Positions 11,657 to 25,600 of a stretch of DNA of 64,000 nucleotides are shown piece by piece. The notes under the pieces were generated by a model. It was not told where the DNA came from and searched no databases. It worked only from the letters and a program-made list of their open reading frames with translations. The stretch lies in assembly GCA_051362555.1 (NCBI GenBank), contig CM120640.1, positions 38,976,788-39,040,787 of the forward strand, written 5' to 3'. Numbering within the stretch: the first letter of the stretch is position 1; each line of letters starts with the position of its first letter. A program made the translations under genes and the position numbers. This DNA comes from Lingula anatina (taxonomy: Eukaryota; Animalia; Brachiopoda).

Positions 11657-14600
11657 TAATAATCTCTCCCTTAAAAAAAGGAGACACGTGTGACGTGTTA
11701 TTTGTTTTTGTTTAGTCGTGTGTTGCAATACATTTAATTAAAAATTTTAATGCAGGCCATTAAAAGACTTAAAAGCACATGAAATACGTATGTAATGAAA
11801 AATGCATGAAAGAAAGGACAGGGCATATTTGGTGACAAAGACGTGTTTTTTTTTTTTTTTTCGATACAAGTAACCTACAACCGACATCTCATCCGTCTAA
11901 TTCAATGGAGGTAAGATTGAAATTTTCTTCTTACGAAATGAACAGTTTAGAAATGTAGCTTAACCCTATACATTCTTTTTCCCAAAGAGGCGATGCCTCG
12001 ACTACGCAAAGACTGCCATATAAAGACAGCTTTTGCGTCATGCTTTGTGACATTCTATGTGTGATGGATGGCGTTAAACTGAATGGGTGTATCCAGTTCA
12101 AGGACCCCAGTGACAAAGATTTTAAGTTCTTGTTGGTCAGCTACAAACATCACGCTATCAAAATCATTAGACCCTTAATTCATTCCCTGAATCTTTCCAT
12201 GGGGAAGAACTCTTTGCCTCCTGTCAGTCTAAAGAAAGCACTTGTGTTTTTGGGCGTTTTCCATTGGCCTCACAATGAGTTAGAACGTTATTTTTGTTAT
12301 TTTTAATATTAGATGTTGTGTGTGAGGCTGCCTCGCAACCGCTGGAGAAGGGGCTGTATCACGTAAACGTGTGTATAACTTTTCATGACGTTTGATTCTA
12401 AATTAATCTCAACTTTAAATGCAAACTGAGATGAAATTCATTGTTAATGTGACCGTTACGGCAAACATTAACGATGGCTTCGCAAAACCGCCCCTAGGCG
12501 CTTTCCTTTAAGCTTGCGATTTAGGCGCACTTTTCTAGGACAACCTTTCAAAATAATATTTTGAAATCGTTAAACAAATTTTGTCTAATACCGACTGCAA
12601 CAGGGGCTGTGTTTGTTCTGCTCTGCACAACTTTTTTTTCGTTCGGAGAGGAATAAGTATCACACGTCTCAGTTGGCATACCGCTTCGTTTATAAGCAAT
12701 ACGGTGGTGTAAGCCAGTGAAAGCCGATGTATTGATAGACTTATTCCTTAGCTGGATGAAGGATGGCAGTGATGTCGCAAAAATATTGCAAATAGGTTTA
12801 AAAATCTTATTCAAAAATCTACGTATTATTGCTCAAAACCAAGTCTTGAAAACTCCGGTGATGTCTACATCTTGAGCGATGCGCACAGATTAGTATCAAT
12901 TTTGCACCAAATCTTTATACAACTTATCAGCGGTGGAATTCAATTTGCGGGGAATTTCGACACAGATCCCTAGATTGATTTATATATTGTTGCTCTCCTG
13001 CTGTAAGGTTTGGTATTGAGTTTGAAAGCATTCTTTTGATTGGTGTTTATACAGTGTACTGCTGTCAGAGGCGCGAAAGTGACCCTTTTGGAGTCAGTGA
13101 AGCGAAAAAGGATTTAAGGTCGCTATTTTCGCGCGTGGTACTAGGTCACAAATTGCGTACAATTAGTTCTCAGCACATTCCGTGCAGTCCCCGAATTTTA
13201 TTGCACAAAACGAGTGCACAACCTTTTCGGACGAGAATTTGTGAATGGGACTCGGTCTTAAACTGACAGATAGTTTTAACGAATTTTCGGTAATTTAGGT
13301 GTCTTCTTCCATCAAGCTTCATAGCTTTTTCACGCGTTATTGATAAGGGACTGAGGTCTTATCAAAGGAAGAGAGGCGTTTCATTTGTTTGGAAATATCG
13401 TCTTAAATTATTCAAACTGCATAAGTCGTACTGACAATAAACACCGAAACTGAATTGTGAGAATCGAGTATCAGGCTGAAAGTCGAAAACTGACCTTAAA
13501 AACGCGCTCAGATATAGTGTTGTACATTTACGGAAAATGTGATGTCTGTATGAGGAATAAATGGGAAAAATATCAGAAACACGATTAAAATCCTTTTATA
13601 CATTAAATCGTCCGCAAATGGATCACTCCAGGCCGGCAGACTCATTACAGCACGTACATCGGCCTCAAAAACAAACTTCACCCCACCAGGACAAACTAAT
13701 TTGGCATCCTTGTTTGCTGAATAATAATTCGATGTTTCATTCAAAATGATTAGCACGTATCTAAATTTCGATCCAATGCATGGCGGTGCATCTAACATCT
13801 CTCTTCCGGTGTTTTGGACACATTGTTACTTGGAAAAAATGAGCAAAATTTTCACATGGTTATAGATTTTTTTTTTGCAATAAGGAAAAGCTGACAATAA
13901 GGAAAAAAGACCGTTCAGTACTACTTGCATGATACACTTTTTGTGGCAACTATGAAACAACTGAATTATATAGAACTACTTCCTTCAAGTAATTTCATGC
14001 ACAAATTAAAGAAGACGGCACTGCACGTACGCTGTTACATATCTCATAGGAAAGGGCAGTGTTCACATATAGGTCCCCTACGTGTAATTTTACACTTTAA
14101 CGAGTGGGTACACCTTTTCTGCTACAGATTAAACAACAGGTATGCATGAGTAAGAGTATCCCCGCAAAAACAACAATAACACACGAAATGCTGAAAAGAG
14201 GTGAAATGAGGTGCTCATTGTACATGTACAGCTGCAAGGGGAAGTTGCTTTTGCTGAAAAGAAAGTAAGGCAGTATTCCAGAGTCAATGAACCGGCGCTG
14301 AAAGGAAGAAAAGACGCTTATTCCAAAGCAACTTACAGGTGAAGGCACTGTTGAGAGACGAGCGCCCTTTATTGTACATCGATGTTTTGCGAATTGACGA
14401 ATTTCCCTTCACAATTTTAAACTAATAACCTTGCATCGCTTATGGTTTTAATAGAAATGGCCTATGTCATGAATGACGTCCAAAATATAAGGATATCCTG
14501 TTGCGGATTAATTTTGGCTGTCTTATAGCTTTTTGCTTTTGGGCAATTTTGTAAGAATAATTGTACTCGTCCTATTGTAATACTATTGAACCTATCGGTT

Positions 14601-15524
14601 TCACTGTACTTTGGGACAATAGATTGACATCAATACCTTGATCCACATGGCATTCTAATGACCAGTCTTATGCGGCACAGGACAAATAACTTTTCACACG
14701 TAATGTACAGGCCAACATGCTTTCCCCACGAACTGTGACATAAATAAAATCGCCATGCATTCTTACACCTTTTGTCGTGCTATTGAAATGATAATATCTT
14801 GTTTTTAAAGCAGTGGTCATGAAAATATGTTCATTATTTATTGTTATACTATATCATATATTCGCATATAGTTTCAGTAAAGCCACAAATAGTCTCATCT
14901 CGCAGTGTCTTTAAATACTTGACTAAACCCAAGTAAATCTGTTCTAAGTGTATAATGTAATCGGTTGACCATGAAGTAAAAGACAAACGCGGCATGGGCC
15001 TTGTCAATTCCGCTGCTATAGGGCTTAATAAGTCTAATAACATACGGTGTATGTCGTTTTCGCATGCAAAGGGGCATCTAAAAGACGCACGCGTAGGCTC
15101 CTATGGGCCATGGTAGTCCCCAACTAGTCGAGCCAAGGTTTCATGAAAAATGTATTTAGTTTAAAAGTACAGATAATCTGCTAATTGACAGACAGGCAGA
15201 GGCAAGTGATAACGTTTACATAACCACTACCACTCCATATATCAACAAATTACAAAAAGAAAGATATGTGCCTTATGTCCATTTTGATAACAACAGAGCC
15301 CAACAAGGAATAACATTACTTGAAATAGTTAATTAGAATCGCAATCATGCCAGGCCAGAATTAAACCGCAGTGTTTACATGCCTCTATTAACATTACAAA
15401 ACAACATAAAGATCTAGGGCGTCTGGGCGTCACTGAAAACGTGGGTCACATGAATAAGCGTCCGCGTGAAGACCGTTTTACCACCAGGTGCCGCATCCAT
15501 CGCTACCTAGTAAAACCGGCAAGC

Positions 15525-15560
15525 TATATACAGCTGATACGACTACAGACCCGAGTCAGT
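15525..15560 (+). promoter_or_regulatory. Putative TATA + Inr core promoter of CA-1 leader exon 1a
   Basis: TATATACA at 15525 and TCAGT at 15556-15560, about 55 bp upstream of the ATG; conserved in the duplicate at 42818-42851. Confidence 0.55.
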
Positions 15561-15612
15561 ATTAACGTGCCCAGCCTTTCAGCCTGGTTTCCGATTTACA
15601 AATCGTCGGGAG

Positions 15613-18600
15613 ATGAATTTTCTACTGTCAGTCGTCTGCGTTGCGGTGTGTTTTTCGGTAGCCAAGGGAGCTGGTACAGGTAAGGCATCCGTTTAATAAT
15701 CTGATTTAATTTTTCAGTTATATTCAAAAATACACGTACACGCTGTACCTGCGGTTTTTGTTATTCAACAAGTTAACGATTGTTGTTATGTTTGATCGTG
15801 GACTATGCATTTGCGCTCAAAGAGGGTGTTTAATTTTTTATATGCATGGCATAGCATTATTGAAAATAAAACGCAGAAATTATTCCTCACTGCACGAGTT
15901 ACCTACGTAAATTTGGTCGACTACCGCATAAGCTCTCGTAAGTGGCAACAACACACTGACAACAGTAAAAACAGAAATAAAACGAACGGCTAAGTCAGAC
16001 GGGCGACAGAAATGTCGAAATATTCTACCACTGTTTAGAGAGAAATGTCGGATGTAGTCGACACTTGAATATTTCGGCTGTGGAATGGTTTCCCCATTGG
16101 GCGGGGCACACGTCTATCGATCGTTACTGCTGTGGTAACAAAGAAAAGCAAAGATAAAGGTATTAGCATCAATGGATCAGTTGTGAATCAAGGACGATAT
16201 TTTTGGGAATTAAGGAAAGAGGATTAAAACTGAAAACGGAAAAGAATGAGAAAGACGGCAATTTGAGGTCAACACACCGACACGTTGCATAGACCCTTGG
16301 CACATGTATCTGTTCAAAGTCCAAGTATCAAGCCTATTGGAATATTAAAAGCCTAACTAGACAAATGTAGACAGACATATTATCAAGTTGAAAAAAAAAA
16401 CAAACGAACAAAAGAAAGAACAAACAATTTAGGATTAACAAACTGCTCAAGTAAACGCTATTGGTTGCAGTCATCAAGATCGCAAACCATGAAAGAATCT
16501 GGAGCAAGTCGTCTGCAAGCTCCCGCTGGCAGTGGTCCAAAAGACCCAAAAGGGCCAACATTATTTTTTTCCTTCGGATCTGTCTTTTTAAATGTTGGTA
16601 CACTAAATAAAGGTCAGTTCGTTCGAATAAATGGCTTTGCAATATTTTACCTTTCTTAACAAGTTGCAATATGAGTTAGCGCAGGGCCATTGTCAACTGG
16701 AGTGCAGGGCGTTATATGCGTATAGATATGCATACTGAAGAAGGCATACCTCACATTTGAGTTTAAGAGATGAACTTGTTCTAATTACTTGTATGTGTGA
16801 GGTGTTTCTAAATTGGAGAGAAAACGCGTCACCAGCGAACTGGAAAAAGAACTAATGTTCTTGTTATTATATACGGAATTGTTAATCCACCCTGCGTGTT
16901 ACGCAAAACTCGTGTTGATCATATAGTACTTTTCCAGGTTGCTGCTATTTTCCTTGCTATTCATTACCTATCTGAATATAAACATAGTAACTTGGTCGCA
17001 ATATTTTGTTCAGGTTTCTGGTATTTGCCTTAACTTGAGTTATGTAATGAGGGAGTGGTGGCAGCGCAAGTTGTATACGATGGAACACTGTTAAGAGCTC
17101 ATTTTCCAATTTTTACATTTGTGTATGTAAAAGTTTTTACTTACAAATATTTGTCAGCGACCATCAACAGACGTCAAAAGATGATATCTTAGATGCAGTA
17201 CACGATTTGAAAAATCTAATTCTGATGCTTATGTCGCATACTTTCAAACAGCTTTTTTTCTGGGATACATCATTTACATTTAGGTCCTCGTCGATTATGA
17301 ATGATGTTAGTGGAATTTGATAGTGCGTAAAGTAATGTAAATATACTGTTTGGTATACTACTTTATACGCAAAAACTACATGAGATTATTACCGGAGTTG
17401 CGTAAGTACCAGCTTCACTTATGACAAAGTATAGTTTTTTGTAACTGGTTCAAAGAAGTGTGTTTTTGCCAGGTGTTCATCTATGTTTGAAAAAATATAG
17501 CAGGATGTATGCGTTCTTGTAAGTAAATGATCTGAACAAATAATCTACGGTAGCTTCCAGCAACGACTTGAAACCGTTACAGATTTACTCCAAGGCAAGA
17601 GAGACTGTTCGAATGTAACTGAACGTCTGGGCTACGCTGCACGGAGCTTGTGGTATCCATCAATTAAATGGACCACCAGCCCGTAAATGTTAGAGACCGC
17701 TTGAGAGTACATAATCAAATGTTGCGTTTAACTTAAAGGTACAGTGGGCGACTATTTTTCTATCACAGAAAAGTTTGTCTTCTGCTTTATGGCCATTTTG
17801 ACTAAAATTTTCCCGTGTTAGAGCATTTGCTCACATTTCCTGTAAAATATTGAAATGCTTTATCACAGAAGAGATAACTACGACCAGAAATGACAAATAA
17901 ATTCGTTGGGGACAACTGAGATTATCTTTAAAATGTTTAGAAAGCGCCTTTAATGTATGACTAAAATATGAAGCGTGAACATAAAGCAAATATCGGAGTA
18001 TTTCCCACCCAAAATTCGCCTTCTACACATTTAAAAGCTTACAAAATTTACTTTCTGCACGTCTTTCGTGAGTGATTCGTTACAGAGAAGTGCGTGACAT
18101 TATCAACTTTTCCAGCACCTTTGCTGTGTGAATAGATACCTTTTAAACGTCAATATCACGTCTTCCTTCAGATCGTGCCAGGATATTGTCATCGTATTCT
18201 TTTTCACTACAGCGAAGAAGACGTACATACAAGTGTCCTTGCCAATTTTATATTAAGGATAAGCAATTTGGCAAGCATATTTATAAATTGTTTCTTAAGG
18301 GTGAAAAAAAAAAGGATTTTTGGTAGAACCCAGAGGAGAATTTCATGATATCATGTTATTAAGATAAGTTACACATTCGCAGTTTACTGCACCAGACATA
18401 AAAGATACTATTTCTTATAGATACTCTTTTTCATACCGCCCGTGAAATGTAATGAATACCTGTAGCTGACACAAGTTCAAATTACTTTGTCTACACGTTT
18501 TTAACCTGATGTTAAACCCTACTTCAAATTAGAGGTGATTTCTAGTATTGTGCGCTTATCACAAGTGGGCAGATGAGGCTTTCGAAGCTGTCATATCAAT

Positions 18601-20431
18601 TAGCAGCCGAATAAGGACTAGGCTGTGCATCTGGAAGTCAACTTTGTGGTCGTGCTGCAATTCATCCCAAATTTTGGATACTGTGGTATTGTAACATGAT
18701 ATATCCCACAGTGATATGACAATATTAACTGGCATGAGTTGTGTAACGCCTTGCTTGCTTCTGTCGCCAACCTGATACCTATATACAGTGTATATTTCAA
18801 TTTAGTACTGATATATTCGAGTTTAAATCCTATTCAGTTGATACCATTAGCTTTTTTACTGAAATACGAGGCATCAATCAAAATAAAAAATGAGTTATAG
18901 AATCTGAAACCCGACTTCTTCAAAAATCTGATGTTTTTTAAAGGATTTTGTGTAGAAGAAGTCAAGGTCTATTATTCACATTGTTGATAATATTTTACCA
19001 AAAAAAGCAGCCTGGCGGCCTCGTATGTCCTGACAATTGCTGTTTGTCTCTTTTTATGGTAACAAAAACTGGAGATTGTAGGCAGTTTCTGTGTTTTAGA
19101 AAAAAAGGAAAGCATGGCGTACATGTATGTATAAATGATTGTGGTAAATAAATAGACGAATAAATTATTTCTCGATTAATGAAGTCATTGATAAACGGTT
19201 AAATTGATTAATTAATCAAGTCGACTAGCACTCTGTCCTGAAAGAGAAATATATTATGCATACTGCCTTTTTTAAAAATTATTTTTACACTAGTCCTTTT
19301 CCATACAGTAACCTATATTGGTCTAGACAGTAAAAAAAAAAAAAAAAACAGACTCTGCGTTCTATGTTCAGTATAAATCAACCGCATAAAGAACCCCGTC
19401 TCCGATATGAGGGTTTTCCGCATTATTCACAGTATCATTATGCGGGTTGCCATAATAAAATCTGAACAATGTATGAAACAGGTAATTTTATGCAATAGCT
19501 TGATGATTAAACGGGTAAGTGAGTGCCTACACCTCTAGGTTCATACCGCACAGGCACCAGTATTATAAATGTTCGTCCCAGAAAAATAAACTCGTGGGGC
19601 GGACATGGTGAAGATATTGCTTACTATCTTCTTGTTGAAAAGCGGGGGTTCCAAATAAACTATGGTTAACTAAGGCTTCATTCACATGCAATGTCTATTT
19701 TCTAAATTCTATTTTCTATTCGCGGTATGTCTTATGATCACGGTCTGTGCCCTGAATATCCCGCGGCGTAATTACTGGCAGCGCGAGCCAGTTACTATAA
19801 GTTACTATAAGTAACTGGCTCGCGCTGCCAGTAATTACGCGGCGGGATATTCAGGGCACAGACCGTGATCATAAGATAGCGCGAATAGAAAATAGATTTT
19901 TAGAAAATAGACATTCCATGTGAACGAAGCCTAAGAATGCGGATGCATGTTTACTCGTGACATTAGATATTCTTCCAGTCATACGTAAAATCTGTGCTGT
20001 CATTGTCAACATGTTTGAATGATTCAATATTGAAACATCAGGGCATTCTTTTGATCTGAGAAGATCAATCAATCCATACATGTTTATCAGGGGATTCTTG
20101 AAAAAATCCCATCTGCTGTGCAGCCTTATTCACAGTGCCAACTTGGTCCGTGATAATCTAAGTTTACTTCCATGCATTTTCATATTTGCAGTAACGTAAC
20201 TAAACAGTCGTTAATGTTTATTTGTACTGACATCATAAATCCCTCTAATTTGTGGCGTTTTAAAAATATGTTCACTTTTCCGCGTGTACGTCCGTTTACA
20301 CCTCAACTATGGTTTCTTGGGCATTTTTTTCAGTATTTTTCAAAAAAATTATTAAATCTAAGAACAGACAAACAATGACTTGCCGCCACGCCCTACTGGA
20401 AACACACACACACACACACACACACAAACAT

Positions 20432-20468
<37 letters not shown>

Positions 20469-22599
20469 AAAAAAAAAACTGGTGCTCTGAGGAAAGAGAG
20501 GTAGCCTACTCAAATTCTGTAATATGGAAACCCATTTTTTGAACAAACTAATTGTGGATATAGAATACATTACAAAAACTCTTTTATGAAAAATTCCAAA
20601 GTAAATGGAAAAAAAGACATTTTGAAATTTCCTAAACTTCGAACATATATGTCATTTAAAAAAGAATTGAAAACGGTTTACAAATACACCTTTTAATGAA
20701 ATAATATGCCAAGTATGCAAAAAAGAATTAGAAGATGAGAGTCATTTCTTACTTTGGTGCACTGCTTACACAGAGGAAAGATATAAATTTTATAAAAAGT
20801 TAGAGATTCAAAAAAATGATAAGGGGGTTCTTTTTTTGAAAAAGTGGACCTTTTCTCATAAAAACTTCATGTACCTACATCAAATTTTACCCAGAGTGGA
20901 CCTTGTCCCAGCAAAAGGGGCGGTTCTCTCGAACCCCCCGAACCCCCCCTGGCTACGGACATGCAAATGACATTTCTATAGAAGACTTGATGGAAAAAAA
21001 TTGAGGCAATTAGCAAAATTTATTGTTAAGATTTTTGATTTAAGACAGGAAAAATTGTATACAACAGGTGTCTTATAAGCCCGAAGGGCTGGGCGTTCTA
21101 TACACGTGACACGTTAATAAATGAGATGATGATGATGAAGTTCAGATTGCAATCAGCAACAATTGCAAAGCATGGTTCTGTGCCACCTACTTTGTGTCTA
21201 TGCTTCACAAGCTGTGATGACAATCAGCCTATGCGACTCACTCGGCTGCAATTATTTATTATCATATATAAACCCCATTCCCATAGACACCTTCGGTCTA
21301 AGTGGATCAATCCAATTCTGCAGGAACTCGCGCTGAGTGCAATCAGTTTAACGGAATGACACGCCTACTCTTGTTTCCAACGTATTCGTATAATCTCCAT
21401 TTTCTGTATTCTACTCAACGCCAGGCTAATTGCAACGAGAGTTCCCGTGTTGGATAGATCTACGTAGACCGATGGTGTTTATGGGAATGGGCCTAAGACC
21501 CCATTCCCACATATTTTAGATCGATCTATCCCTGTGGGGAGTCTCACTAGATTACTGTCAGCTTAGCCGGCTTAAGCGTCTGTCCCGCTTACTAAAAGCT
21601 GTAAGGAGGTAATTAACTGTCGTGCGCGCTCGGCAGACTGCAATTTAGCGTGAACCCCCAGGGAGTTAGTTACTCTGTACTGAGTATTCTTCTAGCATAC
21701 AGCTGAGTGATGCTGTGAATTCCATACATTCATTCTCGTTAAACAGTCCAGGAAAGTGCAAAGATTAGTCAAAGAAATATGTGTAAATATCTAGTCAAAA
21801 TCTATCTGTTGCCCAAGTACAGGGCATGCTTGACATGCTTTTCTGAAGTGATCTTGGAGAAACGATCTGCGGTTTCTACCCCACCACCATCACCCCTACA
21901 TTTACAAAATCATAGTGCGAATCTATCTGATTTAAGAATGAGTGATTGCTGAAGCTAGCCACTGGCTGGGCGGATATGTACTCAAATAATATAGCTTATT
22001 GTCAGTATTTAGCATCTTCATGCTCTCTTGTATGTTTGAGACTATGTTTCAGTAGATCAAAAATAGTTAAAATATTTTAAAAGATAAGCTGTAAGAAGTA
22101 ACAAAATCAGAGAAGTACCCTAGCTCTGCTGAAAGGATAAATGCTGTAATTTCTGCGGCAATTATAGAATTGATTACCTGTAAGAACTGCGCCGAATAGT
22201 CGAAAAGTATACTACAATCACGCTACCTGAACACTGTTCGAGTTAGGTTGTCAGATAAGGATTGACTAACTCTAGTAGTAGGTTTAGGGGCAGACGCATA
22301 CGCATTTGAACTGCAAGTCAGGTTGCTCAATATTGATCTCTTATTCGTCTACATTAGAAGACTTAGAATCAATACCACACAGCAGTGACGACAGTGAAAT
22401 TTAAATTGACCATGAGACCGGTGCACTGTGCTTATTTGGGTCTGATATTTTTGAACTTGTTTATTGAGAAAAGTATTGGTGAATCTGGAAATTCGACTGA
22501 AGGCGATGCTAGTGACCCAAACTATGTTATTACGAAGGCCGGTAAGACACGTCTGTAGAAATGTTAAATCTGTTTAGATTGGAAAAAATGCTCTTGTCC

Positions 22600-22634
<35 letters not shown>

Positions 22635-25600
22635 CCCGTGAAAGTGAACAAGTCAGTGTACGTGTTATATCTTGGGATATAATGTAAATGTTGTTGAAGG
22701 TGTGGGTGGGCCGAAGACTGAGATAGGAGGTGGAGGCTTGATTTCGAAGAAATGCTTGGTTACATTAATTGGTCCCTCAGTATTATATTCTTTAGGGTAC
22801 TATTTAAAATGCAAATATTGGACTTCGTTGATCTTTAAAACATTCTGTTTACTTTCTTAATACTGGCAGACATTTTATATAGAGGCAAGCCCACGTAGGG
22901 ATATGAGTCTAGCCACAAAAAACAACATGAATAATGAATAACAGTGTTCACTTCAGCTGAAGTTCCTGCTAGTATACCTATATGTGTTCATTATTGACAA
23001 GCCCCCTTTCATTATATAAACGATTAGGTTTGCATGGCAATATCAATGCATATGATCTCAAAAGATACGTTATAATACTGTGCCCGTGCATGTTTTGGTT
23101 GCTATGGATTAAAGGAATGAAGGGGGGGGGGTGATAATTGTTGCAGGGTACTTAATCGGTGTTTTCAAATAACTAGGCACAAATAATTTTTATAAATTGC
23201 TAATTCTCATAAGCTGACTTTTAGATATTTATGAATTTCTTGGGTTACCTATTGGACAGACAATTTTATGTTGATCCAGACGCTTAATGCAGAACCGCAC
23301 GTAAATTTCTCTTAGCCGGATTCTGTGCAAATGAAAGACGTGATCTTACATAAGTTAACGAGGCAGGCCTTGTTGCTATTTTTAGTATAAGTGGCAATGA
23401 TATAACAAGTATCTGCGATATATATTATGAAGGAGAAATCATGTGCTCTAATCTTAGGGAAAAGTGTTAGAAATGTCTGTAGAGGTTGCAGACAACCCAT
23501 GATCACGTGAGGGCTAAATGTATGCCATATGTCATTACAGAATAAAACTAACTCTCTGGTATATATTAATGTAAGCACGGCACTATAATTGGATGTAGTT
23601 AATGGCTCGGTAAGTGCACTGGAAATTCCATCAGAAACTTTCGAGAAGTTTTTTCCTTTATTTTTCAATATTGAAAAGTTCCCTTTGAAAGGTCAGTCTC
23701 ATTCCACGCGCTCCAGACAGACAGTCTCAAAAGTCACATTCCAGGCCAAAAAAGAAAAAAAACTTTCCTACGTCTACTAAGAAGTGCGATACATCTATTT
23801 ATGATAAAATACAAAAAGAGGTATACCCTGTTCAGTGTACTGGGGGTGATTCAGCTCACTTGCAATTAAGGTCTATTGAATATACTTGACGTTTTTTTAA
23901 AATAAAAATAATGCCTGTAATGCATTACCGAACTGGTAACTGTATATAGGATGTTATTGTAAACGTAGAAAGACACAGAAACCCGAAATGGAAGTTACAA
24001 TTTATTTATCTATGCCATACAAGCTACATCAGTTGACACAGAGGCAGGGGCAGAATGTTGGACCTTGTTAGCAACCGGGTTCTGAGCATAGGTGAGCGGG
24101 CTCCTGCGTGCCACACACATGTATGCGCGTGTATTTACCAATCACACTGTCAAAAAGTGTATATATGTGATATTTTTACTTCACGCTATATTAGAATATG
24201 TAATTGTGTCCTTCTTGTAAAAAGTATAAAGACTTATTACTCAGAATATGCTTTTACATTTTTAGCTATGGTTTCCTTGAAGGAACTTCCGAAGGTTATA
24301 TAACATTTGAACTTGAGACTATATAAAACCCAGGACGAACACTGGGGGATGCCAGGGACGTGGTTATCTTCTTACCTGGCCAAGATATACCGACATAGTG
24401 CATATCAATAAAAAGCTTAGTTCAACAGCTATTCTGTTCATTTCATTATCTTATTTCATAATGGTTATGTAAGAAGATATAACCCTAAATAGGTTTTCTA
24501 AGCCTGAGCTTTATACCCTAAAAACTAACAGTCCACTACACATGAACGCGTTTAAATACCACAGTTCGTTAGCCCCCTGTGGCATAAACAGAAATTTGTC
24601 TCAAATTCTTGATTTGAGTTTATTACCAAATTTACAGAATTACCACTTCAACGATACCCATTACCATGACTGAAACACTAATAGTTTGAATTATGGAGCT
24701 GGTATTAGGAAATCCCAGTCACTTTCCATCAAGCAAAGCTTAGATATAACGAATAAATACAATAGGGCCTGGGTTGGAGGTTCTAATTAGTTTTGACACT
24801 GATCTAAATCATTCTTTGAGAAAATCTATGAAGTGTTATATCTCTTTGCGTTATAAAATAACGATAAGTGAATGAATAGCTGTTGAAAATAAGCTATTTC
24901 TTAATGTGCAACATCTTGGTATATCTTAATCGCCTCCTGGCACCCCCCCCCCCCCCCCCCACCTTCCCGTATTCATTCTTAACTAAAGGCTGAACGTGTT
25001 GGATTGGAGAGATCCTGCAGTAAACTACATTTGAGATTAAGAATAAGAATAATTTTGATGTCATAATGGCTACGCCACTCTACTTATTCCTTTCATATGT
25101 TTATGCCATACTTGAGAATAAGATCGAGACACTATGTGGCACTGATATAATTTTTATACAATTATTTGTTTAAAATGCCAATACCTCCAGAGTAAACCTC
25201 GGTCGTCAACCTTTACTTTGTCGACGCTTACAGACATAAAATTTATTGACCGGTTAATTGTTGCTTTAGTCACAGTGGCATGCCAAAAGCAATTAGGCAT
25301 TTTAGAAAACCATTGATAAGTTACTCTTTTTATGAACCGTTTAACCCAGAACCCAGTAGCATAGTACTCCTTATCACGACAAGTTGCCCGTCACATGACT
25401 GGTTCAACCTGGGCCACATAGATATTTTTCGCTATATTTTCACGGATATTTCTCAAACTCATTTCTGTCCAGTGAGAATTTTTGCTCAAAAATGACGTCA
25501 TCAGTCAGTCTGGAAGAGAGTACATGTACCTGGTCGTTGGGATATACATGTACGTGGAAAAAAAGAGAGAAGAAAAAAAAACGAATTCTCTTCCAGCCCT

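Noticed and set aside
11930-13800. Cluster of short ORFs and coding-like composition
   Set aside because: No consistent frame, splice pattern or recognisable family.
15406-15965. Block repeated at 42760-43258 read as a dispersed transposon
   Set aside because: It encodes the CA leader exon and promoter and is part of the gene duplication.
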